Origin: Tagaea sp.
Lineage (GTDB): Bacteria; Pseudomonadota; Alphaproteobacteria; CACIAM-22H2
Length of the DNA stretch: 64,000 bases
Direction of reading: 5' to 3'
NCBI GenBank assembly: GCA_965279525.1
Contig: CBDIIB010000005.1
Location: 64,001-128,000, forward strand
Shown: positions 32,174 through 42,941 of the stretch, in pieces
Layout of the letters: every line of letters starts with the position of its first letter
Position numbering within the stretch: the stretch's first letter is position 1
Notes under the pieces: model-generated
What the model was told of the DNA's origin: nothing
The model's database searches: none
What the model saw: the letters and a program-made list of their open reading frames with translations, nothing else
Position numbers and translations under genes: made by a program

Positions 32174-33970
32174 TTGATGACAGGAACGCGCGTGGAACTC
32201 GACCTTCCCTCCAATCCGCTCGGCCAGGCAGCACCCGCCGGACATCGCCAGGACACGTCGCCGACGCGGCGGCTCTATTATCTGGCGGCACTCCTGTGCA
32301 TCGCCCTCGCGGCGGCGGCGATCGCGACCGCATCTTGGATCGTCAAGCGGGAGAACGGCCTGCGCCTTGCCGCCGCCGAACGCAGCCTGCTGGCAGCCGA
32401 CGCCCATGGCGTGCGCATCGTGGCGCTGGCCGACGCGCTGATCATGCAGGTCCTCTGGGCGCTCGACGGGCACGATCCCGCGCGTTTCTCCGCCGAGCAG
32501 CTGGCGACGATCCGGCATGCCGCACAAGAAGCGGTTCCCGGCCCCTTCACGCTCGAGATCTGGCGGGCCGACGGATCGAGCCAGCTCGCACCGCCCGAAT
32601 CGAACGTCTCGGCGCGCGAGGACTTCCGCTATCAGGTCGGCGAGGGCCGCAACGCGCCGGAGCGGGTCCGGATGATCGACGTGAACCGCCAGCTGTTCCT
32701 GTCGGCTGTCCTGCCGGGCACGCAGGGCGGCGAAGACACGATCTACGTGACGCGCCCGATCATCGCCGCCGACGACAGCGCCACCGGCATGGTGAGCGTG
32801 GGCATCCCGGTGCAGAACTTCATCGAATACTATCTGGCGCTCCTCGACCGCGAGGGCGACCGGATCGCCCTCTATCGCAGCGACGGCGCCGTGATCGCGA
32901 AATACCCGGCCGTCGACGGGCCCGGACCGGCCGAAGCGCCGGGTCCCGAACTCTGGCGGGCGTTTTCGCACAGCCGCACCGGCCGCTTCGTGAGCGACGT
33001 CACGGCGAGCGGGACGTCGCTCGTCATGTACGTCAGGCTCGAACCTTTGCCGCTCGTCGTCGTCTACCGGATGCCCTGGCGCGGCCTGGATCCGCAAGCG
33101 CTCCTCGCCTATTGGCCGGTTCTCGCGATCGCCGCGACGACGCTGCTGGCTGCGGCCGTCTATGCGTGGATGTCGATCCGCTACGCCGAGGCGCTGAGCC
33201 GGAGCAATGCCGAACTGGCGCGCACCCGCGACGGATTGCGCACGGAAGCCAAGGGACGCGGAATCTTCGTCGCCAACATGAATCACGAACTGCGCACGCC
33301 GCTCAACGCCATCGTCGGCTTCGCGCAGATCCTCGCCGGCGGCCTGTTCGGGCCGCTCGGCCATCCGAAGTACCGGGAGTATGCGCGCGACATCGTCGAC
33401 AGCGGCCGGCACCTGCTTGTCCTGATCGGCGACATCATCGATTTCTCGTCGATCGACGTCGGCAGCCGGGAGCTGGAGAGCGGACCGATCGACGTCGACG
33501 CGGCCATCGACGAGATCGCGCGCCTGCTGCGCCCGCTGGCCGGCGAACGCGGCATTTCGCTGGAAACCTCGGCACGCGGGCTATGGGCGCGCGGCGATGC
33601 CATCGCCGTCCGCCAGATCCTGATGAATCTCGTATCGAACGCGATCAAGTTCTCGGGCTCGGGCGCCGTCGTCCGGCTCGCCAGCCGGACCGACGCGCCG
33701 GACGGTTGCGTTGTCCTGTCCGTCGCCGATCAGGGGGCGGGAATATCGCCCGAAGACCTGCCGTCGATCGGCCGCCCGTTCTACCGGACCCGCGCATCGC
33801 GCGAGGCCGCCGTTCCGGGGACCGGTCTGGGTCTTTCGATCTCGACTGCACTGGCGAACCGGATGGGCGGCCGCCTGACGCTGGCAAGCACGCCCGGCGC
33901 CGGCACGACCGTCACGCTGATGCTGCCGCCGGGCGAAGCGCCGGCCGATCTTGCGGGCGAGATCACCTAG
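32174..33970 (+). CDS. Membrane sensor histidine kinase, PleC/DivJ-like, paralog 2
   Basis: Same architecture; MNHELRTPLNAIVGF, NLVSNAIKF, DQGAGI, GTGLGL. Start uncertain. Confidence 0.9.
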   Translation: MMTGTRVELDLPSNPLGQAAPAGHRQDTSPTRRLYYLAALLCIALAAAAIATASWIVKRENGLRLAAAERSLLAADAHGVRIVALADALIMQVLWALDGHDPARFSAEQLATIRHAAQEAVPGPFTLEIWRADGSSQLAPPESNVSAREDFRYQVGEGRNAPERVRMIDVNRQLFLSAVLPGTQGGEDTIYVTRPIIAADDSATGMVSVGIPVQNFIEYYLALLDREGDRIALYRSDGAVIAKYPAVDGPGPAEAPGPELWRAFSHSRTGRFVSDVTASGTSLVMYVRLEPLPLVVVYRMPWRGLDPQALLAYWPVLAIAATTLLAAAVYAWMSIRYAEALSRSNAELARTRDGLRTEAKGRGIFVANMNHELRTPLNAIVGFAQILAGGLFGPLGHPKYREYARDIVDSGRHLLVLIGDIIDFSSIDVGSRELESGPIDVDAAIDEIARLLRPLAGERGISLETSARGLWARGDAIAVRQILMNLVSNAIKFSGSGAVVRLASRTDAPDGCVVLSVADQGAGISPEDLPSIGRPFYRTRASREAAVPGTGLGLSISTALANRMGGRLTLASTPGAGTTVTLMLPPGEAPADLAGEIT

Positions 33971-34085
33971 GACAGATTGCACAGGCAAGCGCGTCGATTC
34001 GACGCCCATTCGGCCCTTGGCAAAGCGCCGGTCGGTTGGCATTGTGCCCCCACATTTTTGCCCTACCGCCTGCCGGGAGACGAGT

Positions 34086-35249
34086 ATGAAGGTCGCGATC
34101 CCCAAAGAGCGCCGCGCCTACGAATCGCGCGTCGCCGCCACGCCGGACTCGATCAAGCGGATGAAGCCGCTGGGGGTCACGTTCCTCGTCGAATCCGGTG
34201 CCGGTGCCAACGCCGCGATTCCCGACCAGGCCTTCGCCGACGCCGGCGCCGAGATCGTCGCCGACAGTGCCACGCTGCTCGGCCAGGCCGACATCGTGCT
34301 GAAGGTGGGCCGTCCGCTCGCCGCATCCGAAGGCGGCGACGAACTCGCCGGCATGAAGTCGGGTGCGGTGCTGATCTGCCAGCTCGATCCCTATCGCAAC
34401 AAGGAACAGGTCGCCGATTTCGCGCGGCGCGGATTCACCGCCTTCGCGATGGAACTGGTGCCGCGCATCACGCGCGCCCAGTCGATGGACGTGCTCTCGA
34501 GCCAGGCCAACCTCGCCGGCTACAAGGCCGTGATCGACGCGGCCGAGCAGTTCGGCCGCGCCTTCCCGATGATGATGACGGCCGCCGGCACCGTGGCGCC
34601 GGCCAAGGTCATGGTGATGGGGGCGGGCGTTGCCGGCCTGCAGGCGATCGCGACCGCGCGCCGGCTGGGCGCCGTCGTGTCCGCGACCGACGTGCGCATG
34701 GTCGCCAAGGAACAGGTCGAATCGCTCGGCGCCACGTTCGTCTACGTGGACGACGAGGAAGCCCGCCAGGCCGAGACGTCGGGCGGCTATGCCAAGGAAA
34801 TGTCCGACGCCTACAAGGCCAAGCAGGCCGCCCTGATCGCCGAGACCGTCCGCAAGATGGACGTCGTGATCTGCACGGCCCTGATCCCGGGCCGCCCGGC
34901 GCCGCGCCTCGTCACCGACGCGATGGTCGCCTCGATGAAACCCGGCTCCATCGTCGTCGACCTCGCGGTCGAAGCGGGCGGCAACTGCGAAGGCAGTGCC
35001 GTGGGCCAGATCGTCCAGCGCCACGGCGTCAAGATCGTCGGCTATGCCAACGTGCCCTCGCGCCTGGCGGTCGATGCTTCGGCGCTCTATTCGCGCAACC
35101 TCGCCGAATTCATGAAGCTGATCGTCGCCAAGGACGGCAGCCTTTCGATCGACCCGGCCGACGAGATCATCAAGGGTTCGCTGCTGACCCGCGACGGCCA
35201 GATCGTCCATCCCAATTTCGCGCCGGCGCCCGCCGCCGCCGCACAGTAA
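34086..35249 (+). CDS. pntAA: NAD(P) transhydrogenase subunit alpha, part 1 (domain I)
   Basis: [40 protein letters not shown]. Confidence 0.96.
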   Translation: MKVAIPKERRAYESRVAATPDSIKRMKPLGVTFLVESGAGANAAIPDQAFADAGAEIVADSATLLGQADIVLKVGRPLAASEGGDELAGMKSGAVLICQLDPYRNKEQVADFARRGFTAFAMELVPRITRAQSMDVLSSQANLAGYKAVIDAAEQFGRAFPMMMTAAGTVAPAKVMVMGAGVAGLQAIATARRLGAVVSATDVRMVAKEQVESLGATFVYVDDEEARQAETSGGYAKEMSDAYKAKQAALIAETVRKMDVVICTALIPGRPAPRLVTDAMVASMKPGSIVVDLAVEAGGNCEGSAVGQIVQRHGVKIVGYANVPSRLAVDASALYSRNLAEFMKLIVAKDGSLSIDPADEIIKGSLLTRDGQIVHPNFAPAPAAAAQ

Positions 35250-35266
35250 AGAAGGACGCCAACGAA

Positions 35267-35677
35267 ATGTCCGACAGCGCACTTCTCGACAAAGCCGCAC
35301 AGCTCGCGACCGACGCCTCGAATCTCGCGATGAAGGCGCGCGAGCTTGCCGCCCAGGCCGCCCTGTCGCCCGACATGGGTGCCGCCGGCGGTCCCGACGC
35401 GCTGACGATGGGCCTCACGGTCCTCGTGCTCGCCACGTTCGTCGGCTACTACGTGGTCTGGCGCGTGACGCCCGCCCTGCACTCGCCGCTGATGGCGGTC
35501 ACCAACGCGATCAGCTCGGTCATCATCGTGGGCGCACTGCTTGCCGCGGGTGCATCGGCCGTCGGCTTCAGCCAGGTGATGGGGTTCCTTGCCGTCGTGC
35601 TCGCCTCGGTCAACATCTTCGGCGGGTTCGTCGTCACCCAGCGCATGCTGGGCAAGTTCAAGAAGAAGCAGAAGTAA
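35267..35677 (+). CDS. pntAB: NAD(P) transhydrogenase subunit alpha, part 2
   Basis: [34 protein letters not shown]. Confidence 0.95.
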   Translation: MSDSALLDKAAQLATDASNLAMKARELAAQAALSPDMGAAGGPDALTMGLTVLVLATFVGYYVVWRVTPALHSPLMAVTNAISSVIIVGALLAAGASAVGFSQVMGFLAVVLASVNIFGGFVVTQRMLGKFKKKQK

Positions 35678-35696
35678 GGCGAAGGAAACACAGACA

Positions 35697-37100
35697 ATGA
35701 GCGCCAACACCGCCTCGCTTCTCTATCTCGTCGCGTCGATCTGCTTCATCATGTCGCTGCGCGGCCTGTCGAGCCCCGAAACCGCACGCGGGGGCAACTT
35801 CTACGGCATGGCCGGTATGGCGATCGCGATCGTCACGACGCTGCTGCTGCCGCAGACCAGCTCCTTCGGCCTGATCGCCGCGGGCATCCTGATCGGCGGC
35901 GCCATCGGTACGTTCGTGGCGCTGCGCATCGAGATGACCGCCCTGCCCCAGCTCGTCGCGGCGTTCCATTCGCTCGTCGGCCTGGCCGCGGTGTTCGTGG
36001 CGGCGGCCACGCTCTATTCGCCGCAGAGCTTCGGCATCGGAATCCCGGGGGCCATCAAGGCCGCCTCGCTGGTCGAACTCGCGTTGGGCACGGCCATCGG
36101 CGCGATCACCTTCACGGGCTCGATCGTCGCCTTCGCCAAGCTCCAGGGCCTTGTCTCCGGCGCCCCGCTCCAGTTCCCGATGCAGCATCCGCTCAACGCG
36201 GTGCTGGGCGTGCTGATCGTCGCCAACGTCGTGTGGCTGTCGATGACGGGCTCGCCCGTCGCGTTCTGGACGCTGGTGCTGCTGTCGCTCGCACTCGGCT
36301 TCCTGCTGATCCTGCCGATCGGCGGTGCCGACATGCCGGTCGTCGTGTCGATGCTCAACTCCTATTCGGGCTGGGCCGCGTGCGGCATCGGATTCACGCT
36401 GCAGAACTCGCTGCTGATCGTCACGGGTGCCCTCGTCGGCTCGTCGGGCGCCATCCTCTCCTATGTCATGTGCAAGGGGATGAACCGGTCGATCTTCAAC
36501 GTCATCCTCGGCGGCTTCGGCACGGATGCGGCCGGTGCCGCGGCCGGTGCGGCCAAGGAAGCGCGTCCGGTCAAGCAGGGCTCGGCCGAGGACGCGCTGT
36601 TCATCATGAAGAACGCCTCGTCGGTCATCATCGTGCCGGGCTACGGCATGGCGGTCGCCCAGGCGCAGCATGCGCTTCGCGAGATGGGCGACATGCTGAA
36701 GAAGGAAGGCGTGTCGGTCCGCTACGCGATCCATCCGGTCGCGGGCCGCATGCCCGGCCACATGAACGTGCTGCTCGCCGAAGCCAACGTGCCCTACGAC
36801 GAGGTGTTCGAGCTCGACGACATCAACCGCGACTTCGCGCAGGCGGACGTTGCCTTCGTCATCGGCGCCAACGACGTGACGAACCCCGCCGCCAAGACCG
36901 ACCCCAAGAGCCCGATCTACGGCATGCCGATCCTCGACGTCGAGAAGGCCAAGACCGTGCTGTTCATCAAGCGCTCGATGGCGTCGGGCTATGCCGGCGT
37001 CGACAACGAGCTGTTCTTCCGCGGCAACACGATGATGCTGTTCGGCGACGCCAAGAAGGTGGTCGAGGACATCTGCAAGGCGATGTCCGGCGGGCACTAG
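35697..37100 (+). CDS. pntB: NAD(P) transhydrogenase subunit beta
   Basis: PQLVAAFHSLVG, IGGADMPVVVSMLNSYSG, HPVAGRMPGHMNVLLAEA. Confidence 0.97.
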   Translation: MSANTASLLYLVASICFIMSLRGLSSPETARGGNFYGMAGMAIAIVTTLLLPQTSSFGLIAAGILIGGAIGTFVALRIEMTALPQLVAAFHSLVGLAAVFVAAATLYSPQSFGIGIPGAIKAASLVELALGTAIGAITFTGSIVAFAKLQGLVSGAPLQFPMQHPLNAVLGVLIVANVVWLSMTGSPVAFWTLVLLSLALGFLLILPIGGADMPVVVSMLNSYSGWAACGIGFTLQNSLLIVTGALVGSSGAILSYVMCKGMNRSIFNVILGGFGTDAAGAAAGAAKEARPVKQGSAEDALFIMKNASSVIIVPGYGMAVAQAQHALREMGDMLKKEGVSVRYAIHPVAGRMPGHMNVLLAEANVPYDEVFELDDINRDFAQADVAFVIGANDVTNPAAKTDPKSPIYGMPILDVEKAKTVLFIKRSMASGYAGVDNELFFRGNTMMLFGDAKKVVEDICKAMSGGH

Positions 37101-37121
37101 GCCCCGATCCCGAGAAACGAC

Positions 37122-37155
37122 AAAAGCCGCCGGGGGATGCCCCGGCGGCTTTTTT
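37122..37155. terminator. Bidirectional intrinsic terminator between pntB and rpsU
   Basis: AAAAGCCGCCGGGG...CCCCGGCGGCTTTTTT. Confidence 0.9.
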
Positions 37156-37185
37156 CATTCCCGACCCCGAAGGGCCGGAAAAAGA

Positions 37186-37389
37186 CTAGTAGCCTTCGCG
37201 CTCCAGGCGCTTGCGCTGCAGCTTGCGCAGGCGGCGGACACCTTCGGCCTTCTCGCGCGCCTTCTTCTCCGAGGGCTTCTCGAAATGGCGGCGCAGCTTC
37301 ATTTCGCGGAAAATGCCTTCGCGCTGCATCTTCTTCTTGAGCGCGCGCAGGGCCTGATCGACGTTGTTGTCGCGGACGATGACTTGCAC
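37186..37389 (-). CDS. rpsU: 30S ribosomal protein S21
   Basis: [31 protein letters not shown]...FEKPSE. Confidence 0.97.
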   Translation of the reverse strand: MQVIVRDNNVDQALRALKKKMQREGIFREMKLRRHFEKPSEKKAREKAEGVRRLRKLQRKRLEREGY

Positions 37390-37572
37390 GGGAACCGTGC
37401 TCCTTTCCCAAACGAAATCAAAGGGTTGATCTTGTAGGTAGCGACTCGCGGCGCGGTTTCCCCCGCCACCGATTCACCACCGGCGCGCGGCTTATATCAT
37501 ACGCCCCAAAGGCTTGCAAACCGTCGAATGCGGCCTTTCCGCCCCCCCTTCCTGTCCCATATCCTGCCCCCC

Positions 37573-38103
37573 ATGGCCATCCTGAAAATCGCCCGCATGG
37601 GCCACCCGGTGCTTTCGCGCGTCGCCGACCCGGTCGAGGACCCGACCGCACCCGAAATCCAGATGCTGGTCGAGGACATGGTCGACACCATGATCGATGC
37701 ACCCGGCACCGGCCTTGCCGCCCCGCAGGTGCACGTGCCCTTGCGGGTCGTCGTGTTCCTCGTGCGGGCCGAGCGCACGACCGGCATCGAGGGCGATACG
37801 CCCGTCGACCTCACCGTGCTGATCAACCCGGTGCTCGAACCGCTGGGCGACGAGACGAACGCGGGCTACGAGGGCTGCCTGTCGGTCCCGGGCCTGACCG
37901 GCGAGGTGGCGCGCCACACGCGGCTGCGCTATCGAGGGCTCGACCTCCAGGGCAACGTCATCGACCGGACAGTCGCCGGCTTCCACGCGCGCGTCGTCCA
38001 GCACGAATGCGACCATCTCGACGGCATCCTCTATCCGCAGCGGATGACCGACCTTTCGAAACTGGCTTTCGTCGACGAGATGCGCCGACGCATGGAGAAA
38101 TGA
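37573..38103 (+). CDS. def: Peptide deformylase
   Basis: GTGLAAPQ, EGCLS, QHECDHLDG. Confidence 0.96.
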   Translation: MAILKIARMGHPVLSRVADPVEDPTAPEIQMLVEDMVDTMIDAPGTGLAAPQVHVPLRVVVFLVRAERTTGIEGDTPVDLTVLINPVLEPLGDETNAGYEGCLSVPGLTGEVARHTRLRYRGLDLQGNVIDRTVAGFHARVVQHECDHLDGILYPQRMTDLSKLAFVDEMRRRMEK

Positions 38104-38105
38104 AC

Positions 38106-38756
38106 ATGCCCTTCGACCGGAACCTCGCCCGCGACCGCATCGTCGAAGCCGCACTGCCGCACGTGCCGTTCGACGGCTGGAGTCTGCCGGTGCTGACGCG
38201 CGCGGCCGAAGAAGCGGGCTATCCGCCCGCGACGGCGCTGCGCGTGTTCCCGGGTGGTGCCCTCGACGCGCTGGGTCACTGGTGCGCCATGGCCGACCGC
38301 GACATGCTTGCCGCATGCGAAGCGGATCCGGAATTCGCGACGCTGAAGATCCGCCAGAAGATCGCGCGCGCGATCCGCCTGCGCCTCGCCCCGCTTGCCC
38401 CGCAGCGCGAAGCCGTGCGCCGGGGGCTGGCGCTGATGGCGCTGCCCTCGGGCGTGCCTTTGTCGATGCGCACGCTGTGGGCGACGGTCGACGCGGTGTG
38501 GCACCTCGCCGGCGACCGTGCCACCGACTTCAACTATTATTCAAAGCGCGGGCTCGCGGCGGGCGTCTACTCGTCCACGCTGCTCTTCTGGCTCGAGGAC
38601 AAGTCGGAAGGCCAGGCCGACACGTGGGAATTCCTCGACCGGCGCATCGCCAACGTGATGGCCGTCCCCAAGGCGATGGCCGACGTGAAAGCGCGGCTGG
38701 CAAAGCTGCCCAACCCGTTCGCCGGGTTGGCGGGGAAGTTCAAGCGCGCGGGCTGA
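38106..38756 (+). CDS. COQ9 family protein
   Basis: LPHVPFDGWS, AGDRATDFNYYSKR, TWEFLDRRI. Confidence 0.92.
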   Translation: MPFDRNLARDRIVEAALPHVPFDGWSLPVLTRAAEEAGYPPATALRVFPGGALDALGHWCAMADRDMLAACEADPEFATLKIRQKIARAIRLRLAPLAPQREAVRRGLALMALPSGVPLSMRTLWATVDAVWHLAGDRATDFNYYSKRGLAAGVYSSTLLFWLEDKSEGQADTWEFLDRRIANVMAVPKAMADVKARLAKLPNPFAGLAGKFKRAG

Positions 38757-38759
38757 CGC

Positions 38760-39842
38760 CTAGCGCTTCCTCTTCAGATACGTCACATGCCCCATCTTGC
38801 GGCCGGGCCTTGCTTGGGCCTTGCCGTAGAGATGCAGGATCGCGCGTTTGTTGGCGAGCAGCTTCGGCACCGCATCGACGTCGTCGCCGATCAGGTTCTT
38901 CATCGTCGCATCCGAGTGGCGGGCAGGATCGCCCAGCGGCAGGCCTGCGATCGCGCGCGCGAGCTGGTCGAACTGGCTGGCCGGGCACGCATCGATGGTC
39001 CAATGGCCGGAATTGTGCGGGCGGGGGGCGAGCTCGTTGACGAGCAGTTCGCCCTTGCGCGTGCGGAACATCTCGACCGCCAGCACGCCGACGAGGCCGA
39101 GCCGGTCCGCGATATGCAGCGTCATTTCTTCCGCCTCGCGGCGCAGGGCGAGCGGCAGTTTCGCGGGTGCGATGGTCACGTCGAGGATGTGGTGCTTGTG
39201 GCGGTTCTCGACCGGCACGTAGCACGCCGCCCCCGAAACGCCGCGTGCCACCACGACCGACAGCTCGCTGCGGAAATCGACGAAGCCTTCGAGGATGCCC
39301 GGCGTGCCCTTCAGCACCGCGAACGCGGCGGCAAGATCGTCGCGCGGGCCGATCTTGACCTGGCCCTTGCCGTCATAGCCCATGCGCGCGGTCTTGAGCA
39401 CGCACGGCCGGCCCATCGCCGCCACCCCGCGCTCGAGATCGCGCAGCGTGCGCACGCTTGTCCAGGGTGCGGTCGAAACGCCGATGCGGTTGAGGAAGGA
39501 TTTTTCGAGGATGCGGTCCTGACAGGTCGCCAGCACCTTGGCCGACGGATAGAGCGGCGCATGCCCCGCTTTCGCGACGGCGGCGACACCCTCGACCGGG
39601 ATGTTCTCGAACTCGTACGTCACCACGTCGCACGCCTTGAAGAATCCGGTCAGCGCCTTGACGTCGCGATAATCGGCGACGGTCGCGGCCGTGCACACCT
39701 GTTCGGCCGGCGAATCCTTCTCCGGACCGAAGCAGTGCGTGCGAAAGCCGAGGCGGGCGGCGGCAAGCGCGGTCATCCGGCCGAGCTGGCCGTTGCCGAG
39801 GATGCCGATCGTCGAACCGGGGGGCAGGCGGCGCACGTTCAC
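38760..39842 (-). CDS. purK: N5-carboxyaminoimidazole ribonucleotide synthase
   Basis: [45 protein letters not shown]; GTGA overlap with purE. Confidence 0.96.
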   Translation of the reverse strand: MNVRRLPPGSTIGILGNGQLGRMTALAAARLGFRTHCFGPEKDSPAEQVCTAATVADYRDVKALTGFFKACDVVTYEFENIPVEGVAAVAKAGHAPLYPSAKVLATCQDRILEKSFLNRIGVSTAPWTSVRTLRDLERGVAAMGRPCVLKTARMGYDGKGQVKIGPRDDLAAAFAVLKGTPGILEGFVDFRSELSVVVARGVSGAACYVPVENRHKHHILDVTIAPAKLPLALRREAEEMTLHIADRLGLVGVLAVEMFRTRKGELLVNELAPRPHNSGHWTIDACPASQFDQLARAIAGLPLGDPARHSDATMKNLIGDDVDAVPKLLANKRAILHLYGKAQARPGRKMGHVTYLKRKR

Positions 39843-40363
39843 CGGCGGGCCTTCTTCTTCGCCGGAATCGCAGGCGCGTCGACCGGCTTTTGCGCGATCT
39901 TCGCGGTCTGTGCCGCCCGGAACGCATCCAGCGCCTTGGCGACCTTCGCGTCGGAGAGCGCCACCACCGCGGCGGCCAGAAGCCCCGCGTTCGTCGCCCC
40001 TGCCTTGCCGATGGCGAGCGTGCCCACCGGGATGCCGGCGGGCATCTGCACGATCGATAGCAGCGAATCGAGGCCCTTCAGCGTGCGCGATTCGACCGGG
40101 ACGCCGAATACCGGCAGGCGCGTCATCGCCGCCGCCATGCCCGGCAGGTGGGCGGCACCGCCCGCCCCCGCCACGATGCAGGCAAGGCCGCGTCCGGCGG
40201 CTTTCGTCGCATATTGGTAAAGCCGCTCGGGCGTGCGATGCGCCGACACGATGCGCGTTTCGAACGCCACGCCGAGTTCGCGCAGCTTTTCGGCCGTATG
40301 GCGCATGGTTTCCCAGTCCGACTGGCTGCCCATGATGATGCCGACGAGGGGCTTTTTCGCCAT
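39839..40363 (-). CDS. purE: N5-CAIR mutase
   Basis: [35 protein letters not shown]. Confidence 0.97.
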   Translation of the reverse strand: MAKKPLVGIIMGSQSDWETMRHTAEKLRELGVAFETRIVSAHRTPERLYQYATKAAGRGLACIVAGAGGAAHLPGMAAAMTRLPVFGVPVESRTLKGLDSLLSIVQMPAGIPVGTLAIGKAGATNAGLLAAAVVALSDAKVAKALDAFRAAQTAKIAQKPVDAPAIPAKKKARR

Positions 40364-40541
40364 GTAACGCGCTCTCCAGAGAAGCCGGCCGGGGCCGGAA
40401 AGGGGCGGAGTATAGGCGAGGCGCTCGCGGCACGGAAAGGGGCGGCACGCCTGCGCATTCACCCCCCAAAATCCGGGCCCCCAAATTCCGGCCGGTCTGT
40501 GCTATGGCTCGTCGCGAGAACGTATCCCGTTCCGGTACCGG

Positions 40542-41294
40542 ATGAAGATCGGCGACACGAACCGCATCATCGGCCCAGCGACCACCGCACCCGTGCGCAA
40601 GACGGATGCGCCCGGCCGCGCGCAGGGCCCTTCGCCGGCACCCATGTCGGGCGGCATGCGCACGCCCAAGGACATCGCCCAGGTTATGGGCATCCCCGAG
40701 GCCGAGTTCACGCCCAAGGTCCGCGACGCGATCATGCGGCTGATGGCGGAAGTCGACAAGGCGCGGCGCGAGGCGGCCCAGGCCCAGTCGCGCGCGGCCC
40801 ATCTCGAACGGCTCGCCGACCAGGACAGCCTCGTGCCCGTCTTCAACCGCCGCGCCTTCGTGCGCGAGCTCGGGCGCATGCAGGCCTTCGCCGAACGCTA
40901 CGACCAGCCTTCGAGCCTCGTCTATTTCGACGCCAATGGCCTCAAGCAGGTCAACGACACGCACGGCCATGCGGCGGGCGATGCACTTCTGGCGCACATC
41001 GCGCGCGTGCTCGTGCAGAACGTGCGCGACACCGACGTGGTCGGACGGCTGGGCGGCGACGAGTTCGGCATCATCCTCACCTATACCGACAAGCCGGTGG
41101 CCGACGAGAAGGCGGCCCTGCTCGCCCAGCGCGTGCAGGAGAGCGAGCTCGACTGGCGCGGCGTGGCGATCAAGCCGTCGGTCGCGTGGGGCGTCTACAC
41201 GTTCCGCGGCGGAGACGACATCGCGCGGCTGCTGGAAAGCGCCGACCGCGAGATGTACGAGCGCAAGAAAAGCGCGCGCACGCCCGCACCCTGA
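40542..41294 (+). CDS. Diguanylate cyclase (GGDEF)
   Basis: DSLVPVFNRRAF, KQVNDTHGHAAGD, RDTD I-site and intact GGDEF. Confidence 0.93.
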   Translation: MKIGDTNRIIGPATTAPVRKTDAPGRAQGPSPAPMSGGMRTPKDIAQVMGIPEAEFTPKVRDAIMRLMAEVDKARREAAQAQSRAAHLERLADQDSLVPVFNRRAFVRELGRMQAFAERYDQPSSLVYFDANGLKQVNDTHGHAAGDALLAHIARVLVQNVRDTDVVGRLGGDEFGIILTYTDKPVADEKAALLAQRVQESELDWRGVAIKPSVAWGVYTFRGGDDIARLLESADREMYERKKSARTPAP

Positions 41295-41300
41295 CGGGCG

Positions 41301-41507
41301 TCAGGCGATGATGTCGGGCAAAAGCTGGCTTTCGAGCCGCATGATCTGGTCCTTCAGCGCCAGCTTGCGCTTCTTCATGCGCTGGACCTGCAGCATGTCG
41401 ACCGTCCCGCTCTCGATCAGGCGCAGGATGACGTCGTCGAGGTCGCGGTGCTCGCTCTGCAGTTCCGCGATCTGGCGGCGGATCGTTTCGAAAACAGGAT
41501 CGTCCAT
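41301..41507 (-). CDS. DUF465 (YdcH-like) protein
   Basis: EHRDLDDVI...RMKKRKLALKDQI...PDIIA. Confidence 0.9.
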   Translation of the reverse strand: MDDPVFETIRRQIAELQSEHRDLDDVILRLIESGTVDMLQVQRMKKRKLALKDQIMRLESQLLPDIIA

Positions 41508-41549
41508 CGACGCCGGTGCTTTTTCGGTGTGCGGAAGCGAGGCTGAAGC

Positions 41550-42059
41550 ATGCGCAGTCTAGCAGCAAAGAAGCGCCGGCGGAACCAAGCCCTGTGGGGT
41601 TTCGCGACGGCGCTTTACGGCCGGCCGGGCGTGGCGCAAGCGTGCCTTGCCCTGCAGGATGGGTACGGCGCCGACATCCCGTTGCTGCTTGCGGCGATCT
41701 GGCACGGCGAGACCGGCCGCGGCCGGCTGGACCGCGGGCAGGCCGGCGACTGGCGGGCCTGCGCGCGGCTCTGGCGCACCGCCGCGATTCTGCCCTTGCG
41801 CGCCGCGCGCACGGCGATCCGGACGGCGGCCAAGGCCGATCCGGCCATCGCGCGGCTGCGCAAGGCGATCCTTGCGGCCGAGCTTGCCGCCGAACGGCTG
41901 CTGCTGCGCGATCTCGCGAAGCTGTCGCGACCGTCGGCTGCGACGGATCGGCGCACCCGCCGCGCCGACGCGCGATTCAACGCCGAAATGGTGGTTCGCG
42001 ATCCGCGCGCGCGGACGCGGTTAACGAAAATAATTTCATCCCTCGGTCCATCGACGTGA
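41550..42059 (+). CDS. TIGR02444 / DUF2390 family protein
   Basis: LWGFATALYGRPGVAQACLALQD...PLRAAR...LAAELAAER. Confidence 0.82.
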   Translation: MRSLAAKKRRRNQALWGFATALYGRPGVAQACLALQDGYGADIPLLLAAIWHGETGRGRLDRGQAGDWRACARLWRTAAILPLRAARTAIRTAAKADPAIARLRKAILAAELAAERLLLRDLAKLSRPSAATDRRTRRADARFNAEMVVRDPRARTRLTKIISSLGPST

Positions 42060-42201
42060 AATCAACGCCCTGACCGGATCGGCCATCCTTAATTTCCATC
42101 TATGAATGTAGTCTGGCCGTCGGCCCCCGCTTGCGGGGCTCCGGCGACAGGCATAGGCTTTTGATGTTCGCGCAAGAACCAGAACGAAGGAGGTTTCGGC
42201 A

Positions 42202-42366
42202 ATGCCAAAATCCGATCGCGTCAGGTCTCTGCAAGCAAAACACGCCAAACTCGAACGCGACCTCAGCCACGAGGAATCCCGGCCCGCACCCGACGCGCCG
42301 ATTGTGGCCACCCTCAAGAAAGAAAAACTCAGGATCAAGGACGAGCTCGCCCGAATGTCGGGCTAG
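42202..42366 (+). CDS. Small DUF465-like protein (54 aa, absent from the ORF track)
   Basis: AAGGAGG SD then MPKSDRVRSLQAKHAKLERDLSHEESRPAPDAPIVATLKKEKLRIKDELARMSG. Confidence 0.85.
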   Translation: MPKSDRVRSLQAKHAKLERDLSHEESRPAPDAPIVATLKKEKLRIKDELARMSG

Positions 42367-42415
42367 CGCCGCCCTCGCACCGGTACCGCCGGCCGGACCC
42401 GCGCCTGGCGCGCGT

Positions 42416-42928
42416 TCAGGCCGGCGGCAGGCGCCGCTTGGCGTAGCTCACGAGCATGTTGCCGAGCACGTCGAGGAACGGGTCGCCCGACTTCAGCAGC
42501 CCCGACATCGTCACGGTCGCCATCAGCGCTTGCACGCGGCTGGCTTTCTCGCCGAGCGGCGGGCGCTCTTCCATCGGGATGGGTTTCGTCCAGACCGGCG
42601 TCTCGCGCACGAAGCCCGCGAACAGCTCGAAGATGTCGCGCTGGCTGCCGCTCAGCCCCTTGAGTTTCATCTGGAAGCGCGCGCGGTCGACGATGACCAG
42701 CTCGGTCTCGACCTTCGCGCGGGCCGTGGCCATGCGCGGCGCATTGTCGAGCAGCGCCAGCTCGCCGAACATCATGCCCGGATTGATGACCGCGATCGGC
42801 GGCGCGTCGGGCGTGGCCAGCTTGATCACGTCGATCTGGCCGGTCTTGACGAGGCAGGCGTAATCGCCGCTTTCGCCCTCGCGGAAGACGATCGTGCCGG
42901 GACGGTATTTGCGGGTCTGGTCAACCAT
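42416..42928 (-). CDS. Cyclic-nucleotide-binding domain protein without obvious HTH
   Basis: VFREGESGD...VKTGQIDV...FGELALLDNAPRMATARA. Confidence 0.85.
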   Translation of the reverse strand: MVDQTRKYRPGTIVFREGESGDYACLVKTGQIDVIKLATPDAPPIAVINPGMMFGELALLDNAPRMATARAKVETELVIVDRARFQMKLKGLSGSQRDIFELFAGFVRETPVWTKPIPMEERPPLGEKASRVQALMATVTMSGLLKSGDPFLDVLGNMLVSYAKRRLPPA

Positions 42929-42941
42929 CGTGGCGACAATC

